Of a stretch of DNA of 64,000 nucleotides, positions 1-11,207 are shown piece by piece. A program made the position numbers and the translations under genes. The notes beneath the pieces are model-generated. The model ran no database searches. It saw only the letters and a list, made by a program, of their open reading frames with translations, and had not been told where the DNA came from. The stretch is taken from NCBI GenBank assembly GCA_951406725.2, contig OX597819.1, forward strand, positions 65,782,001-65,846,000, given 5' to 3'. The number at the start of each line of letters is the position of its first letter. Positions within the stretch are counted from its first letter, which is position 1. This DNA comes from Octopus vulgaris. Taxonomy: Eukaryota.

Positions 1-1159
1 CAGACAAAATAACTTACAAAAAATGACAATGGAGAACACTTCAATAGAAAAACTAAGGATTTTTTAATACGAAATCTGTTGAATTAAACTAAAAAAACTA
101 ATCATTGGTAATTTTTTAAAATATGTTTACATCATACGAGAATCCAAAATCTGGAATATTTTGTTTCCAGCTTCAGTGCGGTTTTTTATACAAATCTTCA
201 GACATAGTTTTATTTAAATTCATATTTTAGAAACAACATTTCAAATTGAAGTCAGCTGCTTCGTCTTTCCAGTTGGATTGTTGCGTTGTTTCCTACAGAA
301 AGTACGTCTGGAAGGCAGACAACTGAAGAAGGCCATCACAAAAGTAGGCACGGGAATAGAAAAAAAGGTCGAGGTGGCTATGGTCGATAAGAAACCACAA
401 GTGGATCCAATCCGCAGGTGAAGAATAGTTCAGTCCACGCTACTTCACTCGGGTGAAGGGGACGAAATGCTTGTAACCCTAAGATCCCTGCTGAGGATAC
501 AAGTTTTCCAGAATTACGATTAAGTTAGAAGCGTAAAACCTCTGTGTAACTCCTACAGATTTGCATGAGGGAAAGTATCTCTGATGATTATGCCATGTAT
601 TAAGTCATATTTGGAACACTAAGAAATGTTAGAAAACCAAGCTAAGTTTCAAGATAAATAGCAAATTTTAATATCAAATCAAAAGCAGCAGTCTGCCCTT
701 GATATATATACCTTCATTTTCTATTCTAACCCATAATTTTATACGTCTCAACCAAATGCTCTGTATAGCACGATGAAACAATGATATTTCGGTGCCATGT
801 TGCATTGAAGCATAATATTATTTTCCTTTTTTTTATCATAGTCCGATATGATAATTTGACTGCTCCAGCATTTCTGATGCACAATTAGCAGCTGAATGAT
901 CGGGCGAATAAATGTAATCAAATTTTCGACCATGTATTACATAGTTTTTTTCTTGTTCATTGCTCATGCGCAGATACACATGTGTTATGTGAAGTGTGCG
1001 TGTGCATGTTTGTACGTGTGTGCGTGTATGTGCATGCTTGTGTAAGTATTTGTATAGCTTTTTTTCTTTATAAATACATATACACATGGATATTTAAAAG
1101 TATACATTTTAAAAAACAAATAAATATTTAAGCAGGTCTGACAGAGAAACAGGATACTC

Positions 1160-1163
1160 AATA

Positions 1164-1198
<35 letters not shown>

Positions 1199-1326
1199 GC
1201 ATGTATGTATGCATGCATGTATATATATATATATATATATATATGCATATATATATATATGTATGTATGTATGTATGTGTGTGTATATATATATATGTAT
1301 ATGTATGTATATATATATATATATAT
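1160..1326. repeat. (TA)n/(TATG)n compound microsatellite
   Basis: Direct dinucleotide/tetranucleotide repeats. Confidence 0.95.
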
Positions 1327-1488
1327 CCACAAGTTTTTTATTCTCTCTCTTTATTTTCTCTTATTCATTTGTGCTGAAGAGCGTAGGTTGGAAGCGTAAA
1401 AGACATTCTCACTTTCCCGAGCGTCAGAACTAATACACCTGCTTGTTGTTCATACACCTGTCTTCGTCTTTAATTTTCTGTAAATTTC

Positions 1489-1637
<149 letters not shown>

Positions 1638-2968
1638 CGTTACCTCTATTCGTCTTGAAATAATAAAATTTATTTGCGAGCCGAGAGTTACGTGAATGGC
1701 TCATGACAAACTGTCAGTTTAAAATAACTAGATACGAATTAAAATGTATACGTGCGTATGTGAACGTGTGTGTAGCTCTTCAAAAATTTCAGTTTGTATG
1801 AGAAAATAGTATTCAGCAGAATAAGAGAACATAGTTGACAGTATGGCTATAATGTTAACTAAATTATTTATCTTGCACCACAGTTCCATACGTCTGCGAC
1901 CGTCATTTGAACTGATGGCGTTGTTTTTATTCTAACAATTTATTGGTGGGGTGGAGGCTACAACATTCTTTTCTGCACTACAATGGGTCTTTTACTGGTA
2001 GCTTTCTTAATGTTGCCTTGTTAAGGCTTCGCGATTCATTTGCCATTTCGTTGAGTCTTTTATCTCTTTTCATTGGTTGACTTCGCTACTATATCCTGGT
2101 TCTCACTTTAGTTTTAAATAACTTACACCTTTTCAAATCTTTATTCTTTTTAGTTGTATTTTCCTTTTTTCTATGGTCAATATGGCACTAGTTTTGATTC
2201 TCGATTCCGTAATCATATCCTGTTTACCTAAAAATCTTGTATGTGTATACGTCTCTTCATTGATCACTTTACCAATTCCCCTGTCTCTGCCTCTCTGTTG
2301 CTTAATCATATCGCATTTTGCTAAATCACTAATTATTTGCCAAAGTCGTTCTTTATTTACTTATCGCTTATCATTACTCGGTTCACTAGTTTCCGTGTAT
2401 CTACCTGTCAGTTACGTCATCAGATATTGATTTATTCAGGTATTAATTTGCTTCTCGTTTTTCATTGGCCAGTTTAGTGGTTGTCTTTTATTTGCGTGTT
2501 TATTTAGTCATCATATCCTTTATGTCGAAAATTCTGATTTAGTTTACTTCATAAATTGTTTTACATTAGATATCGCGAAAGATAACTTCAAATATTTTCA
2601 AATGGTTAACGCATTCAATATTTGATAGTCTTATTTCATAAGTTTCTTCCATTTTTTTTTTTTTTGCGTTGCTGTGGGTATTGAGAAGATTCTCTTATAT
2701 CCACCGCTATATCTCAAATGGATGTCTATCCTGCTTACACTCCGGATCAATTTATATATATTTTAGTTTACTTTATATGTTTGCAGCTTGTAGTAACCTT
2801 TTTCTTTCGCTTAGCAAGTGCAGTTTTTAATGAGTTGTAATTTTCGTTATGATTTTGCAAACGAATATGGAAACAGAAAACATTATACAATTACATGATT
2901 TAGTGGAATATATAGGATATATTTATACACCGAACAGGCAGAGACCGGGGTAAATGGAAGGAGACATT

Positions 2969-3142
2969 CAGTGGCGTACCTAGGGAGGAAAGGGGAACGA
3001 AAGTAGGTCCGCCCTAGGCGACGCTTTAAAGGAGACGAGATTTTCAATCTGCTGTATAAATCGGTATGGACTTAAGTCCCGCAAGAGAGGACAGAAATCT
3101 CAAAGACAGGCTCAGGCAGCTCTCGCACTAGATTCACTGCGG
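2969..3142. mobile_element. Degenerate hAT-like MITE (~174 bp)
   Basis: Starts CAGTGGCGTACCTAG. Ends CTAGATTCACTGCGG (9/15 match to the reverse complement, mostly transitions). Flanked by GAGACATT (2961-2968) and GATACATT (3143-3150), an 8-bp TSD with one mismatch. Confidence 0.55.
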
Positions 3143-3435
3143 GATACATTTTAAATAGTGGGATCTTGGTTTCTAAAAAGGGCTGAAGAGTCACGACTTG
3201 AACACATTGAATTATAGGTCTGCTTCATCAGAAAGCATTCGAGGAGAACAACAACAACGTCAACAACAACAACGAAAAAAATCAACTATAACAACACTTG
3301 CTAAAACAAAAACAACGATACTGCAATTTTACACTCCATTTCATTTTGCGCTTCTATTCTTAAAAGTCAGAGAGGATGTGTATATGAATGTGTATGTGTA
3401 CAAATATATATATATATATAGTTATATACATACAT

Positions 3436-3475
<40 letters not shown>

Positions 3476-4559
3476 GTGTAAGTATGTATGGACATAGGGC
3501 TATCACGTAAAGAAAATGCAGAGTATTTACTATAATAGCTTCCTTGCTTTATGATAGACTTACACATCTTAGACTTTCTTAAGAGTGATATTCTTTTTTT
3601 CAGATTTATCTGTTTCCTTATTATTTATGATTAACAACCAATTTGCTTATATGTCACAAACAATCAATGTCCATTCTGTATCTTAATATCTCTTCATAGA
3701 CTATTCGGTTGCAATGAAATTAGCTATAAATAATTTAATATCTCCTAAATTGATTTACTTCCATACACACACATGTATTCGCGCGCACGCACGCTGACGT
3801 TCTGCATATAAATGCGCGTGCTTTTGTGTGTGTGCATGCGTGCGCGTGTAGTGTGTATATTATGTTATTTAATCAAATACATAGGCATAGATATTTATAC
3901 ATTTATGTGCGTGCATATATATATATACATACACACACATGTATGTATTCTATATGTTTACATACATATATATGTATGTGTGTATGTGTGTATGAGAATG
4001 CATATAGCTATCAGTGTATCATACACAATGTAAATACCTCATGAGCAGCCAAATATACTATGATATTGGTCGGAAGATAATATCGTTTAAGGACGCGCTG
4101 CCTTTAAAAATACAAGATGCGGCGGAGATTTTTTGCTATGTATTAACATTGACTATGATACACAGATGGCTATTTTAATCTAATACTACTCCTGTCGTAT
4201 GTAACAGAGTGACATCGATCAGTGCATATCTCCATTCTGGTGCATCACTTTGAAGAGGTAAATAGATTTAGAAAATACCTACGAGTAGGAAACAGATTCA
4301 GCAGTTTCAATTCTATTCTCGTATATATCTCATTAATCCATTTATGAAGTATCTAAATTGCATTTTTGATACAACAGCGGACATTTTCACCGATGGCTAT
4401 GTCATAGTCCCAGAAATACGCACAAAAGTATTTCAGTATAGTTTTCATGTGCGTGAAGTATTTTCATTTACACTAAAATGCCATATGTGCATACCATACA
4501 CACACACACACACGTATATATATATATATATACACAGGCGCGCGTATATATATATATAT

Positions 4560-4783
4560 TTCTTTACTACCCACAAGGAACTAAACATAGAGTGAACAAA
4601 CAAGGACAGACAAAGGGATTAAGTCGATTACATTGACCCCAGTGCATAACTGGTAATTAATTTATCAACCCCGAAAGGAGGAAAGGCAAAGTCGACCTCT
4701 GGGGAATTTGAACTCAGAACGTAACGGCAGACGAATTACGGCTACGCATTTCGCCTGGCGTGCTAATGATTCTCCCAGTTCGC
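4560..4783 (-). mobile_element. tRNA-derived SINE, family A
   Basis: Reverse complement reads GCGAACTGGGAGAATCATTAGCACGCC...GAGTTCAAATTCC (B-box-like)...GTCGACTTTGCCTTTCCTCCTTTCGGGGTTGATAAATT; homologous to five other copies in the window. Confidence 0.85.
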
Positions 4784-4785
4784 GC

Positions 4786-4829
<44 letters not shown>

Positions 4830-4963
4830 TCAGTTAAAAACGCACGAGGGCGGCGCACACGAACACACATACACACACACCCATTATATATTCCATAACT
4901 TGATGGACATATAACAACAAGTTAGACGACACTAAAACTCTGTAGTGAGACATATCTATATCG

Positions 4964-5011
4964 ATGTATCTGATGAGACCCAGACTGATGGGTCGAAACA
5001 TATGTTGTATC
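4964..5011 (+). ncRNA. Minimal type I hammerhead ribozyme motif (Penelope-like LTR relic)
   Basis: CTGATGA (4970-4976), stem II GACCCA/TGGGTC, GAAA, palindromic ACATATGT stem III, then GTT triplet. AATAAA at ~5013. Stem I is weak. Confidence 0.65.
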
Positions 5012-5174
5012 TAATAAAGATTTAATACTGAATACATTTCCTGTTAATTAATACTATTTCCCTAACTGCCAACGAAAGTCTACCAATACTACGGATGACA
5101 ACAGGTAGCCCAAACTGACCCGCTGCTCTACTCTACAGTTAAACACACTATTCGACTTATACTTAATTGTGTAA

Positions 5175-5221
<47 letters not shown>

Positions 5222-5273
5222 CATTACTACTACTACTACTTTTACTACTACTTCTACTTCAACTACTACTACA

Positions 5274-5304
<31 letters not shown>

Positions 5305-5317
5305 TTACTACTACTAC
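5175..5317. repeat. (ATT)n/(ACT)n microsatellite
   Basis: Direct trinucleotide repeats. Confidence 0.95.
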
Positions 5318-5318
5318 C

Positions 5319-5525
5319 AAGGCAGCGAGCTAGCAGAATCGTTAGCACTCCGGGCGAAATGCTTAGCGGCATTTCGTTTGCCGCTACGTTGAGAATTCAA
5401 ATTCCGCCGATGTAGGCTTTGCTTTTCATCCTTTCGGGGTCGATTAAATAACTACAAGTTACGTACTGGGGTCGATGGAATCGACTTAATCCCCTCCCTC
5501 AATCTATCCTTGTAGGAAAAATTTT

Positions 5526-5528
<3 letters not shown>
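5319..5528 (+). mobile_element. tRNA-derived SINE, family A
   Basis: GGCAGCGAGCTAGCAGAATCGTTAGCAC head, AATTCAAATTCC B-box-like, TTTCATCCTTTCGGGGTCGATT body, (ATC)n tail. Confidence 0.85.
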
Positions 5529-5559
<31 letters not shown>

Positions 5560-5575
5560 TATCACTATTATTATT

Positions 5576-6121
5576 GAGTGAGAGAGCAGTGCATGCCATC
5601 AAAGTGACAATTGGGTAAAATATACGAAGCCCATCATGACTACCCGTCTGATAAGGGTACACTAGGCACATGCATCACAACCATATGTGCGCGACATAGT
5701 GATCTCATATCAAGATAAACAGCGCATGACCTTGCAGGTGGGGCCCAGTTAGAATTTTCTTCTGCTCGAGTAGCCCATCCCGCTCAAAGGTCCCTGAATA
5801 AGGATTGTTTAAGGATGTTGAACGAACCACTCATGTTTCCAAAGGTGAATTATCCAAACCTCCAAGAATTCCATTCAACACACGGCTATGATGCTCCCCC
5901 ACTACTTCTGCTCGTGATCAGAGATGCACATATCATCAGTCACTAAGGGACATGCTCAACTGGTTAAGGTCAAACAACTGACAAGCAAATCTGTGGTATT
6001 GAGCAGAATATTTGCTGTAGCCCATCTTTTATACCAAGACAAAACAATGTACATGATAACACTTCCAATCAGTTAAGATCAGAAGCCATGAGACCCACTG
6101 CCTGGTACTGCAACAGGGCAT
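5576..6121 (-). mobile_element. ~550-bp (AAT)n-associated non-coding interspersed repeat
   Basis: Reverse-complement homologue of 28351-28906 and 61831-62386; (ATT)n on both sides. Confidence 0.85.
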
Positions 6122-6167
6122 TTATTATTATTATTATTATTAATATTATTATTATTATTATCATTAC

Positions 6168-6230
<63 letters not shown>

Positions 6231-7304
6231 ATAATTAGATTGACATTGAAATATACACATCGTATCTTGAATACAATGCACTCATATTTCAATGTTTGTG
6301 TATTATCCTGTAACTTAATCGGAGTTTCAAACGTGAAGGCTTTTCAGGTACATATTCTGTTGTCATTTCTATTTTATCTTATTACTGCTCTGCACACGAC
6401 TGACTCTTCATTATGAAGCGTATATATATTGAGTTCTACCACCAGGTTATTAGCATCGTTATGATACCTAAGTGAAAGAAAGTACATATATATATACACA
6501 CACACACACACACATCATATGTGTGTAAATGCGTGTGTATGTATGTATGTGTGTGTATACATATACGACTTAGTGAAGACATTTAATTCTATACATATCA
6601 GATTTTTCTGCGCCATATTGGCGACAGAAAATGTTAAAAAAGAATCTACTGACATCTAAGTGTTAGTGATTAGCAGGAAGAGAGAAAAATTATTTCAAGA
6701 TATTAATAACAAAGTTTTAATTTAATTTACATGCTTACGGAAAGAACTGTCTGATGTTTAAGGACGGAGAATTACTACCAACAGTAGTTGACCTCGTAGT
6801 AGGGTGCAGTATGCCTGAATCTTTTGATATATATATATATATATATATATAATTATATATGCACATACCTATATTTATACACACATACATATATATTTAC
6901 ATGCATACATTTATGTACCAGAGAATTTTGTATACAAGAAGAACAATTATTTATATATTAGGCCAAAGGAAATTTCGAAAATTAAAAATACCTCAGCGAG
7001 ATGACTGGCATATGTATAGATGATTAGATTACTGGATGTGGAATCTTTTGCTTTGAGTTGAAAACTGAAAACAAAAGCCTGACAGCAAGTTCAGGGCATT
7101 AGGGAGGAAGAAAGATAATTTAAAGAAATTAATTCTTAGTTTCTCAGATTAATTGGAATGCTTAAGGAAAAAGGAATATGATATTATACAGCAAGAGACA
7201 AATATGGACATATAATTCGGTCATTTTCGCATCTTTGGGTAATACAGTCAAACACTCCTGCGCGCACACACTTGTATGCATACATACATGCATACATACA
7301 CACA

Positions 7305-7322
7305 CACATATATATATATATA

Positions 7323-7393
<71 letters not shown>

Positions 7394-7518
7394 ATATATA
7401 TGTATGTATGTATATATATATGTATGTATGTATATATATATGTATGTATATATATATGTATGTATGTATATATATATGTATGTATATATATATATGTATG
7501 TATGTATATATATACATA

Positions 7519-7553
<35 letters not shown>
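7305..7553. repeat. (TA)n/(TATG)n microsatellite
   Basis: Direct repeats. Confidence 0.95.
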
Positions 7554-7559
<6 letters not shown>

Positions 7560-7867
7560 TCATAGATACATATATATATAGAGAGAGATAAATAGATAGA
7601 TATAATGTACTGATCAGCGATATTGTTATTTAGAGGTCAGAACACAGGTATTAAAGTGCTACTAATAGTTGAATATAATTATACATATGCCTACATATAT
7701 ATATTCAATTATTTAGCTCGTTATGAAATGTGGTTTGCGCCTGAAGAATATGTTTGAGGTCGCTCACCATATGAAACTATTAGTAGCGCTTTGATACATG
7801 TATTGTGACTTTTGAATAATGATGATGGTAATGATGAAGATGATAATAATAATAATAATAATAGTAC

Positions 7868-7904
<37 letters not shown>

Positions 7905-8411
7905 GTGTATATATATATATGTGTATATATATATAGGTGTATATATGTATATGTATATATATGTGTATATATATATATGTATATATATGTGTATATATAT
8001 ATATGTATATATATGTGTATATATATATATGTATATATATATGTATATATATGTGTATATATATGTGTATATATAGGTGTATATATATGTGTATATATAT
8101 GTGTATATATATGTATATATATATTTATATATATATGTATATATATATATGTATATATATGTATATGTATATATATATGTATACATATGTATATGTATAT
8201 ATATATGTATATATATGTATATGTATATATATATGTATATGTATATATATATGTATGTATATGTATATATATATGTATGTATATGTATATATATGTGTAT
8301 GTATATGTATATATATGTATATATATATATGTATATATATGTATATGTATATATATGTATATATATATATATATGTATATATATATGTATGTATATGTAT
8401 ATATATGTATA

Positions 8412-8456
<45 letters not shown>

Positions 8457-8601
8457 ATATATATGTATATATATATGTATATATGTATATATATATGTAT
8501 ATGTATATATATGTATATGTATATATATGTATATGTATATATATATACATATGTATATATATGTATATATATGTATGTATATATGTATATATATCTATAT
8601 A
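7868..8601. repeat. Long interrupted (TA)n microsatellite
   Basis: ~730 bp of TA with periodic TG interruptions. Confidence 0.95.
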
Positions 8602-10880
8602 CCGACACTACTCTCGGATCACAACATGATAGAGCTGACCATGTACGGGCCAAAAGAGAGCACGGACATGCAGCCTACAAGAAACCCTCAAAATCTTTCC
8701 AGCTTGAACTACCATAAGGCAAACTGGAAACAAATTGAGAAAGAGATCCTCAAACAAAACTGGCCTAAATGTCTCTCCTCGCCAGACATCGACGTGAAAC
8801 TTCAACAATTCATGTCTGTAATGCAAGCCATATGCTACAAATGTGTCCCAGAGAGAAAGGCCACTGTACACAAGAACAAAATCCCCAGAGAGAGGAAAAT
8901 TTTAATGAGACGGCGTACGAAATTTTCAAATCGCCTAAACAAACAGATTGAAAGCAGTGAAAAGTCCCGCCTAAAAATAAAACTGTTGGAAATCGAAAAA
9001 TGTCTGCAACTCTCCCATGAAAAAGAAAGAGCAGACAAAGAAGCCTGGGCTATAGAAAACATAAAATCTAACCCCAGAGCTTTCTACAGGTATGCCAAAG
9101 AAACAGCTACAGTGCACTGTAGAATAGGGCCACTCCTCGAAAAGGATGGCACACTTACAGGAAAACCAATGAGGGTAAGTGAAATACTGAATGAGCAATT
9201 CAAGAGTGTTTTCACTCTACCCCTTGGGCATCTCCAAATCACCAATCCAACTGACTTTTTTACCACTGCAGATATAAAATCAGAGGCGGCGACGATAGAT
9301 TACATCGATATAAAGGAAGACGATGTAACCAAGGCTATAGATGAAATGAAAACAGACTCAGCTACTGGCCCCGATGGATTCCCAGCAATCCTCCTAAAAG
9401 CATGTAAGAGAGTCCTAGGCAAACTTCCAGGAAAACTGAAGGAAGGTAAAATATGCCCCATTCATAAAGGAGGTAGCAGAACGGAAGCCAAGAACTATAG
9501 ACCTATCTCTCTGACCTCACACATCAGCAAGGTCATGGAACGAATAGTCAGAAGGAAGCTGATCACCTTCCTTGAAGAGAATGACTTGCTGCCCGACACC
9601 CAACATGGTTTCCGACCAGGGAGAAGCTGTTTAACTCAGCTCCTACAACACTATGACTGGGTGCTGAAACGGCTGCTCAACCACTCAAATGTGGAAGTGA
9701 TATATCTCGACTTTGCAAAGGCCTTTGATAAAGTCGATCATGGAATGATATGTCACAAACTGCGTGATCTCAACATAGTTGGAAAACTGGGAGAATGGCT
9801 TCATGACTTTCTGAAGGATAGAAGTCAGGTGGTAGTAGCCAATGGGGCCACCTCCATTAACACACAAATAGTGAGCGGTGTTCCGCAGGGCACTGTTCTG
9901 GGACCACTACTGTTCATAATGGCCCTCTCAGACATGCCCTCAGCCACGCAGAGAGCCACGATCACAAGTTATGCAGATGATACAAAAGTTTCACAGGCAA
10001 TACAGAACCCTGAGGACACTAAACACCTGCAATGTGAGCTGGACGAAATATACAAGTGGGCTGAAAAGAATAGCATGCAGTTCAATGCTGGAAAGTTTCA
10101 AGCTTTATACTATCAGCATGCAAAACTGAATGCAATACCCAATGAATACACTGGACCCGGAGGGATTGCAATCCCAGAGGCACAATCAGTGCGTGACCTG
10201 GGTATTCACATGAGTGATGACGCGACCTTTCATGTACATGTTGCTAAACTGACAATGAAATGCAGACGGCTGGCTGGCTGGATTCTTAGAACCTTTAGAA
10301 CAAGAGAACAAGAAACCATGATGGTCCTCTGGAAGACACTTGTCCTAAGCCACTTTGACTATTGCTCTCAGCTATGGTCACCATCCAGTGTCAAGTTGAT
10401 CACAGAACTTGAGGCGATCCAACGAAGCTACACAAATAAGATAGCCTCTATGCAGAATGTAAGCTACTGGGAAAGACTCAAGAGATTAAAATTATATTCC
10501 CTGGAGCGTAGGCGGGAAAGATATGCCATAATATACATCTGGAAGATCCTGGAGGGAAGTGTCCTGAACTTTGGCATCGAGAGTTACGCAAATGCCAGAA
10601 CTGGGCGCCACTGCGTGGTCCTAGGACTCCAAACCTGCCATCAAGATGTAGGACAAGATTCTGTGATAGCCTGGGCTTCCGAGGCCCACAGCTCTTCAAT
10701 ATCCTCCCGAAGAACCTGAGAGACCTGCATGGGGTGGATACAGATGTCTTTAAAATGAAGCTGGATCTCTTCCTGTCAGGTGTCCCAGATGAACCAACTT
10801 CACGGCAGGAGGGGCAGATGAGGGCAGCTGCATCGAACTCTCTCATGCACCAAATAGCAGTTGCTAGAAAGCCTCCATGA
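8602..10880 (+). pseudogene. LINE ORF2 reverse transcriptase, truncated and frameshifted
   Basis: Motifs [73 protein letters not shown]. Apparent in-frame deletion at ~9415. Frameshift at ~10620, continuing as ...[14 protein letters not shown]...FKMKLDLFLSGVPDEP to a stop at ~10880. Confidence 0.9.
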
Positions 10881-10964
10881 AGTGAAACCGAGTAGCAACA
10901 CCAAATGGCGGTGCCCCAGCATGGCCACAGCTCATAGGCTGAAACTAGAATCAATCAATCAATC
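8602..10964 (+). mobile_element. 5'-truncated CR1/L2-type non-LTR retrotransposon
   Basis: Begins at the end of the AP-endonuclease domain (SDHN), carries a full RT domain and a short 3' UTR, ends in (AATC)n; embedded in (TA)n. Confidence 0.92.
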
Positions 10965-10971
10965 ATATATA

Positions 10972-11014
<43 letters not shown>

Positions 11015-11061
11015 GTATATATATGTATATATATGTATATATATATGTATATATATATATA

Positions 11062-11106
<45 letters not shown>

Positions 11107-11117
11107 TTATATGTATA

Positions 11118-11158
<41 letters not shown>

Positions 11159-11207
11159 GTATATATATACATATGTATATATATATACATATGTATATAT
11201 ATATATA
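10965..11207. repeat. (TA)n microsatellite
   Basis: Direct repeats between the LINE tail and the Helitron array. Confidence 0.95.

Noticed and set aside
290-520. Possible host exon after TTTCCTACAG
   Set aside because: No recognisable protein similarity or supported donor/frame; cannot be distinguished from decayed repeat.
8077-8601. N-terminal 175 aa of the 880-aa ORF
   Set aside because: Translation of a (TA)n microsatellite that happens to be in frame with the truncated LINE ORF; not a real fusion protein.
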